Of a DNA stretch of 64,000 nucleotides, positions 63,701-64,000 are shown in pieces. The DNA comes from an uncultured Candidatus Melainabacteria bacterium. Lineage in GTDB: Bacteria; Cyanobacteriota; Vampirovibrionia; Gastranaerophilales; Gastranaerophilaceae. Within the stretch, counting starts at the first letter, position 1. Every line of letters starts with the position of its first letter. Location: assembly GCA_947525005.1 (NCBI GenBank), contig CANNUY010000001.1, positions 321,379 through 385,378 of the forward strand, read 5' to 3'. The notes beneath the pieces are model-generated. The model saw only the letters and a list, made by a program, of their open reading frames with translations. It made no database searches and had not been told where the DNA came from. Both the position numbers and the translations under genes were made by a program.

Positions 63701-64000
63701 CTATTCAAAGGTAACTACCAAAATGTTACAAATACAAAGAATGCAGCAATATCAACTGATGCTATTGTTGGTACTGATAAAAACGATATCTATATCGGAA
63801 GTAATTCAACAAATACTAATCTTGTTATGAACTTGAACTCAGCAGCTGGCAAAACTATTCAAATCGCTGATGGCATTGAGTTTAATGGTGGCGAAACTGG
63901 TAACAAGTTAGTTATTGATGTAAACAGAGGTGTTTATCAAGATATAAATACTAATGAAATCAAGAATGCAGGTAGCACAGGTAAAGTATTTATTGGTGGT
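33719..64000 (+). CDS. Giant secreted repeat protein, at least 10,094 codons in-window and 3-prime truncated by the window end. Signal peptide (aa 1-29) plus Pmp/autotransporter-type beta-helix repeats throughout; a putative type V passenger or other giant surface adhesin
   Basis: First ATG after an in-frame stop at 33707. The frame (position mod 3 = 2) was checked by hand at 40016, 45002, 50102, 57002 and 63992 and is stop-free. The ORF track shows no other plus-strand ORF over 60 aa between 33113 and 64000. Signal peptide MINIKKTFIKYIILLAMLFGISISTEVFA|AP. Recurrent GNGGAIY / GGAIY and F(I/V/L)xN motifs. Confidence 0.85.
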   Translation, partial: MINIKKTFIKYIILLAMLFGISISTEVFAAPITLSTSSSAGSCSINIGGTTYYFNPTGTNFEGMTYIKNTTQTASAADADFVVGGTYYKLVNPTVSEAENTIENSYFSGVTSTTAGSVKSVTSGNFSIKNSNFVGNKAENTSGGVVNGGVFAISRVSPVIISNALFKDNSATGNGGAILFDNDRQVSISDTRFLNNTANSGGAIYLKDVKNAIISNTKFIGNNATGNGGAIYSLNASGSTNTITVSGSQFGDSTHNTDDIYLYDNSSLIFTGDESLVYSQIFIKDNSSVAVGNTVNAGTLSLYGVIDSNTDSILTVNSGSRLNLKSGSRIGDTLGLALNGTLGLENDFTWKQNYTSTNSAIVDIASGAKLIFDNNSGTDITLNNITGSGTVQSTGNNLTINNISDTTNMNLSTGTASVSANDVASAKLGRYTLDNETLTLTTTNGGVIGAQNANLINAGSSNNNILILNNDSSATAYQLADVNALGKLTLKNSDVKLLNTRYINNTYAFDNVNLDLIDNTIQSYTFDNAEFANTTLKVDLNLNPVGVDNLVINSGSGNLTLTNLNIMGAITSDFEQNYEIVSGTAISGGSVTFDVDAGILGTSDFGLGTSRTVTNSSAIGSQTVSKYTNVAGKIVGVTVKLVLKDILAAINQADGADRFFNFDNNGDVYTLRENTGVTADGTLSINVNNSKSDVVFDAGHTYSMFVVNSELARVIAQNVTFKGAKKGTNGSVFDISNGIVYLNNVRFQENEDYALYNEGGTVTLVAPTFEYNTIYENALYNKGTMTINGLVNIATNIKNEGGTLTISAANNSILGNNDGGVATSITGTAGEVIINNVSAIKSNIDNKEGSIFRINTTAPASNTQLNGTIDNAGELHISYADILNTITTADKGKTYFDNSVNISNKTVSVSNGGTLYIGGLNLNDAIIDLTAGSNGVITGTLNVSGASRVTINTGAVMTISGATSNITEADANNLIWYIFGELHLENGSKTLKIDNSDTWQGKITLAGGSSFEYSDNSGIPLTLTSLLIESTDETSTFKNMGVDIELSSTDSLAGFMAKYYQYQGSLTSSTSALFGGVKEFEGTSAKHSVAIITGELIDLSGIVLNKYADLNATLSSGDIDNNVLAFTGRNSTATFTGAGIDLTTYNLANISMIDNTNKLTIKDATVTFKSEDITFNTGVYNFENVTMKLQDDDSKMNTYTFNYLTVGGVNNTLDLTVDMDLTAKTIDNLVIKATDSTKTQTIRLSDINVMNIPTGTLTGAIELTLLTVYRRGITDITDKVKLTISDDITDRTTTGGASAEVFWNSVWATKYEYTIKTVESGDFMLYKLVCSIQDYKDLLDELNMYDSSGVTKKFMYDNKKAEETYEMNVDLHDMVGTLQILGLEGGQRANYIIDAKSHSMFKFSSSSTNIQDLLIKDMTIKNALSTTTYGSVVNMNNSLAGATSKVTISNAIITTSGTNTEYGGAIYHNIGTLDISNTTISNNYIASTTSGYGGAIYKSNNTDAVLTLTNVKFTGNYITYADGIGVGAAIYTAGDITIKADNRKSSDFTGNYVRGADNSQVSNAIFVATTTTTSPTINLVVDNGTINFADAITGGRISGNNVYYENQYNIDISGVGTVNFTGGITNAYVKVTSPASVVGNKLNTTFRGVYEYTNINLTGDNLVSLTSLNISNASLGNNPAIYSDGGQITINGVNVHDNKAGGIYIQNAGVSFGAPTNINTFNSNKITTSTATLKGAALTLIDSVVNNGNKILRGDFKNNSLSSNTSSALGGAIYIEGGDAYITLVSDLIGNSAQTSSTINKALGGAIFTNLDLTLSANANKSEITIQGNYTQSGSEKVYNAIFLANGAELIMNSEAANGIINIYDTIEAGYVGDSIGDVTDVTYNADAKSQVTILGAANTSRINIYNKFINTDITSNTVSLVFDGSSKNNVELGDGVEQSDLLNTSHNSAYSTLTVNSGNLYLKNMIINKADQVLNISNGVNTTILNSIINMQDTGNVQFSTLNLGKLSSDASSIYKIDFQFEDGIVSWDKFDVDATSTGTLTLDINFIAGDNKYITTGEYTIINTESNIKLALSEYTKQHGVWNYKIERNTVNYDDYIGSKSADVLGNKLIISEQKEDTLLAILKYGNGKNNDDTPENPDYNVNDPTTNIRYFTFNGGTRDKVYYLTSDVRSDEPLPAGILYIKGNENKGGTVSNDVIDGSYVTHVDGGDDIVGNYALFNIQKDTENPNRKITIDISNLTIQNIGIYTNLGSSVVTLNDENATVRMNKVILLDNLGNAILNNAGYVELNSVTFAAPTDPTKDINNISNSANKQDESGNVTQGLYAKQSEFNVNIFNAGLFKSEVSNFYSNITNNGTIIFAGTGNQFVSLDPDKQITLSASRGNGTLDILSGASLILGTNATISTNQIVKIRNGSELALNGGTLFLENNDIFEAGGVLSSKLENSTSTVLNYDVALNASTPRPIYDTEGNMQFERGYFDFESGTINIGITQATTLYVTELDTIAQAVVLNMNRADSILEIYNHHDDSTAIYIDLGKVADGADSWNDGTISLHNSTLVMTPIDPADRDNSQFRFTTQILYGDETSIFKNINSDIAIANSQKSGFFGEYIQEGDDAVTTIYATGSFWGYNKVTNEDGSTTVSVAKKSIKGGLVDIICSSALENNETVSNIDLYSGVSLKIGALGGVIDKNIFKFASGASNATANFYFNSNVVDENIYFMLNPINNNSSNTIVMGSDDFITNVRLGFDKDKLKFSFGENAAGATTYKFVNSVLNLTKESEIFADVTSSKITDFNTYTFAYLDVDENTVIHLDLDLATEDKYSVSDVIQLLGVLTDDAGAPVEKEMKIYFHITEPSKISDEQSRVIEILTGAGASSYNIKIANDPEDIKWTYSVGSYIVDGAAQVSYDTFMGTKSLDTFDKNGDGKDDSVELTSNQEDTLRAVNVYEYCDVKYFNFRTKDDPVDAVIEDVRVYKLIDNLGVTKKQLNIVGINRESSIIDGCANLDPEGDPDANKGFTMFQVTNAATILNISDVTIKNADLGDGTDNSDKASVMYITGSNANVTLKNVTFVNNEGVVDVDAAAGTINATSAAIYNSSNLTMTNVKFNSGTNDQIANNIINDAGTIYINSEGNEPNIFGSYITNTATGRITFQTDSYSQLTSTMINDNANAQITIDTGAELAMDGASKIMLNDGRMFVYGKITSNSGNIVISKDATLTLRGEDSKISDFINIDVMGSLVVDNNTVSEDNNTGEINYGLVLGDGDSLINDGNTMTGNVELSSNGVLSLRRGLKDAVDDDDTTLLTLNNSQIKGSDTSILYNGRSQYDDGLTIKVVSDEAGFAGTYYQYGRSSKLIIGYETDKDDPKTITSRGTIFSGAKYIDEGSSLDVYANTINYSKVLLGTDAKYTHYAMSTQGGTIDNNLLTFFKSGATATFTYDDTQIAGPAPDADPTTLTDAEKFPVTYNLYSIASSAGITTERIYNNIVFSKVQVNFANTDYTGHNAYTFNDSLLNFMENTESADYRTYKFTKATFNNTEMNIDIDLVSGNSDKIEIAAGGEATGVITITGLNLVKFDPSQQGTYQIIVNGSNNFYLQLSDKLTTDQSGYTWDYKIDENAPIVYNSQFIGKKGIDVATKETYQDSIRIYNEQQDTLSAISTFVSDLERRFVFDESVNQTYSLISDVGVVSAGTLTVQGNINRDSIIDGEYVGTDGNVAHHSMFNITDVTEKDGAVTKNPVNLTINNVSIQNAGVIGETGASALYINNADSTVTLNRVTLRNNDQRAISNIMGILSLKNVTFEEADYGNTLYNTGLVVTSGSNVFNTVITNEVKSNTAPENTTLTNMLPNNFNVAAPDVTFITTGINEFNADIVNNATIQFAGTDDSLMNIKGRGTVYFSGKATLYGDIDNDIVIKVSPNGQLILSGMEEQIEDGEGNVTSTNFIPSSITLDFVNGGDLWDPEGKITLDGGIFEFYGRDAAEGAGIDDKKGMNGYFSSTTRGGVLNINSGLFVVKNASTSTAERKDLVDEVEVTINKGARLLVTGYEVVNFGTDDTIHEGAEIELVDNAKFILNGITYINENGDELHDLRLDNDDFVSGDSKTARFINNGINIVIASNQSNYQGIYEQNNDAVINVLAGGAIFGGDKYINSGELSIDADTINYTGIYLGNNVKFTNTINSADNVAQITTNGATPDVAGVLNFIGEGAVAIFGNSTPNAKYAKYELANNIENDKTNTIKFENSEVRLTATGTPQNGRLAHNYTGSTIYQFNNSYINLTDYELADFIDGKVNAPAGNDADGNAGAGAVKGTCDIFQFTNLVTDKDDINKTYIAMDIDFKNRVSDSFVIKSLNSSGYLYIDAINIMTEPVKDDGQDPYIPLRIIQYDNSLLAGYTAEQLLSGEGLNLVELVLTHEGGYVWESNIDDTYTDPQGNVLVDYTNFIGSKTLVITSIVTKNDGLAFNYDRKDLLKTVNEYVVKDTEKNTKTFQFNDAGQIYTMSDNSGESGEGKFIIKGFDEGSTIDAVGQYSLFNMRNVTDMSVDNITFTNAVLIDDDKATSVFYINNTKITLALNNVVFRNNKGYALYNNGSSNVTLQDVTFEAVDKDDLVTTDNSIYNNRGMISITTSADDKENLFATNISNARDGIFNVAGTNTFSGAIINYGTMNMGGTTTIQGELTHNSGLLSFADKVTVTGILTNKSNISVESTGDDIETVFMNTINNFGTISIGGNAKLQSEVIPDINSPSVIQVNEAGVFTIYTDGKVTKGNNLVFKNGSTVNVDDGVLEIDENDTISGEIVLGASLNGLPVDHSVINYYGSKNYFEQGRKYTLNSGTFNLLGGIWRIYEGDTFALNPRYDLVINLTEGEMQLMAFGETFVLNGKDTWTNSVVALSNSALEIGVGLNANSSLNLSKDAQLYNNDDPDGNKSSLTNTGVDLTISADMSEFDGKYTQSKDVEANRVPSLTVTENGLVFGGEKEIQSGSVNITTNGKIYYNNFNIVGAKDDKVTFTTASTGGVIDDTIIKFTGESATATFTNYVPAQAGDTVQDGDTVQADTKANYELGNFDMANGGTSTTIIFENSNIVLTTTDYSTISAYQFNNSVIDMQKDVDSIFNQYNFAKLNNSNSTYKIDVDLSKFTANTMIDIASQTDDNRVSDLIVINDANSVGNIVISDINFLNTLDPKALGVVQILSTPTANVGLELSEEVANKVWYYQITDRKFVQTGNTVSIDSNEFLGEKSLSVTKYGVDSLANDSLRIDVLKYYDVLREINMYDAGEDVIRIFNMVKDDAQAGNGGNDAGADDAVVTTGAVYTLKKSTGSTAVGTMNVVGTLGADNAVIDIINADNHSMFVVDKDGTKLNISNVSINGANNVDDDGVTLNASVIDISSALATVTLENVVFSQNKDDAVYNAGSLNMYNVVFNTGGMLSANSFRNAGIAKLYGTNEFASDVDNSGTINVQETTNPKYTDDVKNTFNIVTNSGHMYFNAGEVEFLGNVNNTGDIKLYVKALISAQITGNGTLYIQGVVPTAENADVVSTVVSATGNITEDVAIDLDENGILQLLGGKATFNSNDNWKGTVLLDDDPDTQTGATMVFKDLTSNGSITSTTTGKLSIESSGAETIFTLEKGSLLNDELQLSIGQNTKLKLDNYIDDQDAMQVLTLSAGDTWNGTIELVGSSLKTTSDLVANSNFEFAFNNQLIGDEASIYENSGLNLVIRKDLSLFKGTYNQTADANNQGGQVNPDGAPQANAGSLTVYMNNYGDNENNNGKMFTGTKNINSGTVTIYDGGTNYYNEKDKTAYYGGFVLGANTQYTNYSAGGSVKSDIVKFADAGTGAVALFTNLTDSKESANAEYNLHAYTSTGENIISFRNSNVTLKDTDYSDKTNYTFGLNTLVNTQDNELKSYNFETLTLTDNAKFNIDIDMKKVVDGAKFPVPADDTADVVADTFKVGANSAGNFIISDINFKDFDINHSLGIIQILSGASDKISLVLDATYKANKTWAQQIKDDCLDAETDSYIVYNDTFLGTKGIREAKYEGSAANDSVEIFIKEQKDALNEISITETSKQRVFQFRAYPDVDNQDPDAPVTEYVYNMTQNLGVVTAGKLKVQGLDKTNSIIDATNVDTNDRYSMFMLSNATEFVLSDVTIRNAISSIPSYNTSVLMVLNAGANATVKNVIFEDNEGYAVYVNDGVAKFDSVTFTAPQTADADNTNNSIYVYSNKATLNIDGTNVFGTMIRNVSGTVNVNGANEFGANILNTSGTMNFDGVNTFNASISNTRNGNITMQGKNIFTGLTGENGSAISNIASTLNISGNTTFKGNTANQFGGAIYLGSSSTANINADFGGLNAGDGNTAERGGAIYIDTVKNVVISSNFINNTANQLGGAIYSNSDFTIAALDDTEITFSGNTANGVSNAIYMDNPISTIPTITFNLSGTSSMTFYDIVTGYEAATPINRFNINITNSTAEGIDNNPTVNFYNYVNNANITIDDIAVTFDASKALITGTTSDDDKKTISQDFLKNSSIKLVSGQLTLNTVTLNNYSKNTALNTLLVTPTDDIVQTVILNNSSVKLSNELSVTNTVDNTYFGKLSSNNTEYSIDVVLVGEGDYHFDYDGTLVVTKGKENAADTIEVLAGSNGTVLLTSINFINENQTNQGIIQILKGDLQNSNITLELSDALKDKTWDYSIDKYVVDNVNDVVSVIYTDFIGTKGLKLAQYDKNLKDGIFDAIEITSTEPSLDLLATINQGWSSDKTFMHKVRNFNFTLAYDMELYRLTANSGETGTGEVTISGYAGRKDILDAMGEYSMFIVKQQGVTLNLNNVIIQNAVMNDKADKSENASVLDITAEDAVINLNNVTFSNIGGNAIYNAGVVNAKNVTFVPVDADNNNVGGGVIVNNGDMNVIAGTNKFGSSIINNLQWNFGSVTNVDNIENIIDGLFTNNATVTSYQFVTTTYNGGIIAGNNATFNFGGVDILNSSLSLANAATAILNIMGDVTVTQNSGITDDNFIVNVVANGVLNIVGSEVDINLATNDIWEANGKITLRNYVDLADENNNSTGYLKYIGKDVGGNNGILVAESGKFELVEGVFDYEGTSSIADTVDIVLTGGNLNLKKNGITLSAGDVWTTNGNVVLDDGITVTVANGINNGGDLELTDNSTIATEFATSNFVNDGANIIVKTDESEIYKGIYTQKSGSLNVINDGNLTGKIFGEKDGNHALKDIQGGSVTVNYTGAKTETYDATIDYGNIKLGSNTQLTNITYGGLINSELLSFAGDSATATFTGITTDDVYSLNAIDSPNGVNTIKFLGSEKLFTNVLLLDTDYATTNYIFENSVVSFKNGNIPATNDKVGVVVLSQYHFSTLSSNNSLFEIDVDLAKSLADTIKIDSIVNDSFDNIIKLSNINFINPAQHDSAVIKVLVDKIDGVTLALTDDMAAKTWVYGVDATRLFNDGTNDVVRITNGDFLGTKAIRLVNSNDLTSQDSSTFDSIQIYNSITLDILNEITKFDTPNNLDGKDVFSRQFVFTDINSNYNMTMSLETVGSGRYDIVGVVKADAPYSVIDAGVDTNYSMFDITKVTQMYVNDVQFKNAGLIADKDASVFNIENVDSNVYLTNVRFTDNKGYAVSNKGTLVLDNVIFDAPNATDNEGNAIYNEGTIYTSLIVKNGRIELNSVVENIGEINLGGDVYLNNTIKGKDGKLNIGYNTNVNGVATDISSKLYVGAGAIVTGDQVVNLAEGSLIDNAGNVYLNIGDTWNGEINNTGTIEIEGVEAGAVSTINATAGTVSIRDVLLNDVLHHSSINVISTDDKARTIAKEVVLSLDENSVINLTGTAVNNASVYIDSADSWAGFIALKNEHTLLTIDGVTSNGKILATAGNINILGASTISLDENSEINNVTNISLTDNSSLEWKNHKADKKLVFSTGDSWNNATIKLVNADLEMASGLNNGATNFVFNTNNVLSGDSDSQFTNKDLDLTIDADESVFGGKYVQDGGNLVVNATGKMFGGESSINSGSVTITRDGVIDYSNIIMNGNNTTFTNIATSNNGGIVNSDVVSLGNAVAGVDIKFTSTSNTEYVLTGGIENGYRNNVTFENSRVYLGKFQSSDNDYDISGQTVYKFTNSIIDLTAGLGDNKGYINDYRFGNMQLDSRSSYVISFDLFNIKSDTLTFDANMIDTTTEGTVLISKINYLLPDATTEAGDRVVRVLFANDDRNLKLGKDVQTRFVYDVTNDITFNQFIGSKELSLAKSDGNNNYDSLLLRIADRKDALQTLNMKKFDGTNIRNFNFVDLYDTDVDGYQTYTLIGNTGNSVRGTLNVNGKIRGTKDDTVLYDVINADNKYSMFVLSEIGIILNINNVNIRNAVMNAGQYSSRYASVLDIIHESARVTLNNVVLTNNGGTAIYNAGTLNMNGVKIDASANGNTVSNKGTINIANYTFTNDLGNESYIAFDNYDGEDIRNVLNSEITNTGEINFSADSTTLVGANILGTGTLNVNGLLVLKGTDITPVSIDDLQSVNILAGARLVMDKASLTMSTGDLLSAGATVKLIDSTFKFTEIESTDVNLFAQSGKLVLDKKAKLSLTSNSTISDEMVVELINGQLTLNSTTVGDNVVGTELKLAQNDKMTSDSKVILNGVGTSLTLEKGVNGNDKVELTNTNILGTGTLNNNGINIVISSDEANAFTGAYYQYGDSTTARLDILSNVQADRETSNVFGGKKYINSGDVNIERTFGINYKDFILGDGVRFTNNSLTANGGIVDNSVITLKGNNITALFGKSVNAPSTVERVNYTLTENIFSTDEYGNTDGHNYNTIQFKDAVVTLGIFDYATDGKGTDIYTNYKFTNSVIDLKNASFDEYRFTSLVSDNSFITLDLDFANGKSDTLRLGNTSQGVLTISDYNVNLRQEDNGTVLQILFAENSSMRLQLSQELANKGYDFTILGNDFEGNRHVVDNGDIRYIKILANDFIGQKKLEIVSQNTTNDSIRVYNSFVEDALKVVNRYDNGAYGYAHRTFTFDGVSDNYVYYVKEDAGKTASGVFNIIGREGSNDVLDGVGYTIVNGVVTENTNVYHSLFEITNANTTLNISNVTIQNMGTISDAKLISALDIEATDAIVNLINVRLNNNQGTAIYNKGNLSFTNVEIGRAGAIGFENSLENAGTLTTSGNNTYYSSIINNGTIEISGTDNVYNSIIRTDDSKDAVISVVDTGVLNMNSDGALKAIISDNIIVNVYENATININGADLSLNTGDTWTGSIYLNSGSLTYSDLQTNGNFVAQGGVLTLNNNAILTVNSKQLKLAGDETIKETENGYIAYDVTIADDVNVIINAGTILNVKGYTKPEAVGGINRDVLHYNKLTLGTGDVWDGKIVLEKAYLTIAKGVTYLGADNDFVFNDYNHLQADSYSVFENNGLNITLTADFGTKFTGRYEQNGNATMTVTKDGVLFGGIKNINSGKLIITTPTDSVDFDGNPVVSQGINYDNVNLGSSVVFENYASTIIGGNITTDTIRFVGDNGSALFTNSSTLDIINFEYVVDKEFVDADGQIYLVTGYLGYYAKDDVDGQHKYITNDDGTVKIVYDPSEEKVTTVNGFVNYDLDIVSSTGVGNEITFKNANVRLTGTVQDKIVDYSVGGIKYNFLNTYLDLTADDNAYTYKFDSINIGGKQDSSMNLIIDICADKSELDSIYVDDKNAVGIIYLAEVNLIRDVDDQSQNFQEFTRKVIKGDNKLELKLSDYIDNNAGILTKTISQYDTRGVYEMNVPWNAYLGKIHISLAYLDENDNVIQPDDPKYSDKANGIRVAQMYTKDLLRELSMYESKDTTIPYKVRNLNFTSSVREQKMTLLANTSGYLRDDAGNLADKDGELLPEGASPVFKGVSSGVLNINGKDSTHSIIDAYGNVICHDTISNKTSTDSKGNDTITVLSEGKYRHSMFVLNEETNLSIKSVTIQNAYRGNKTTFTYDYKVLTDQNKNAYETRHVYDQVLYEDFDTTGGKGSVIYQSNANSKIYLEDVVIKNNASYGNGGAIYAAKGFTINAVNGDVLFKGNYQNVTNTKNAAISTDAIVGTDKNDIYIGSNSTNTNLVMNLNSAAGKTIQIADGIEFNGGETGNKLVIDVNRGVYQDINTNEIKNAGSTGKVFIGG
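35822..64000 (+). repeat. Tandem array of at least 12 diverged coding modules (2.0-2.6 kb each) inside the giant ORF
   Basis: The anchor codons [Y/H]S[M/L]F (F[T]MF or YALF in two modules) recur at 35822, 37910, 40367, 42752, 44843, 47255, 49703, 52040, 54056, 56333, 58637, 60809 and 63365. Each is followed within ~20-30 aa by N[VI]T[IF]xN[AIM]. Confidence 0.75.

Noticed and set aside
1-64000. Mobile elements, integrases, transposases, phage genes and rRNA
   Set aside because: None of their hallmark motifs (DDE, tyrosine recombinase RxxH...Y, terminase, capsid, rRNA) was seen in any frame. The only mobility-associated signal is the HTH gene remnant next to tRNA-Leu.

Overview
This is an AT-rich window (~70% A+T by eye) from a diderm, Gram-negative-type bacterial chromosome. 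The gene content and the Pmp-type repeats in the last ORF suggest a Fusobacteria-like organism; that is an inference, not a verified assignment. The first ~33 kb is ordinary, densely packed core and accessory chromosome, listed below in order.

- A 5'-truncated MsbA-like ABC exporter.
- A sensor-less histidine kinase overlapping a response regulator with an unusual domain layout.
- A tRNA-Leu(UAA) locus preceded by two tRNA-derived structured pseudo-elements, each carrying its own copy of a 38-bp upstream module.
- A C-terminal HTH remnant of an AlbA_2/RecG-like regulator next to the tRNA.
- A divergent LysR regulator and an RND efflux operon in the unusual order outer-membrane factor, RND pump, periplasmic adaptor.
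- An MFS transporter, valS, and an XRE regulator followed by a small glycine-zipper membrane protein.
- A NupC-family nucleoside transporter with a long structured leader, then an orphan radical-SAM enzyme.
- ribD, an MBL-fold hydrolase, a TPR protein, nadK and ruvC.
- An overlapping lpd-lipA pair, a hypothetical HExxH protein and a GH15-like protein.
- adhE, a small hypothetical protein, and a Skp/OmpH chaperone.

The main finding is the last 30 kb. A near-consensus sigma70-type promoter at 33566-33594 leads into a single uninterrupted ORF running from 33719 to the window end at 64000. It is at least 10,094 codons and still open. It encodes a signal-peptide-bearing protein made of Chlamydia-Pmp/autotransporter-like beta-helix repeats (GGAIY, FxxN). 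After a distinct N-terminal region, these are organised as at least 12 diverged tandem modules of about 670-850 aa, each with the same junction signature. An adjacent Skp chaperone gene and a structured intergenic RNA-like element with its own terminator sit immediately upstream.

No CRISPR array, transposase, integrase or rRNA was recognised. Coordinates for hairpins and promoters were read off by hand; none were computed.
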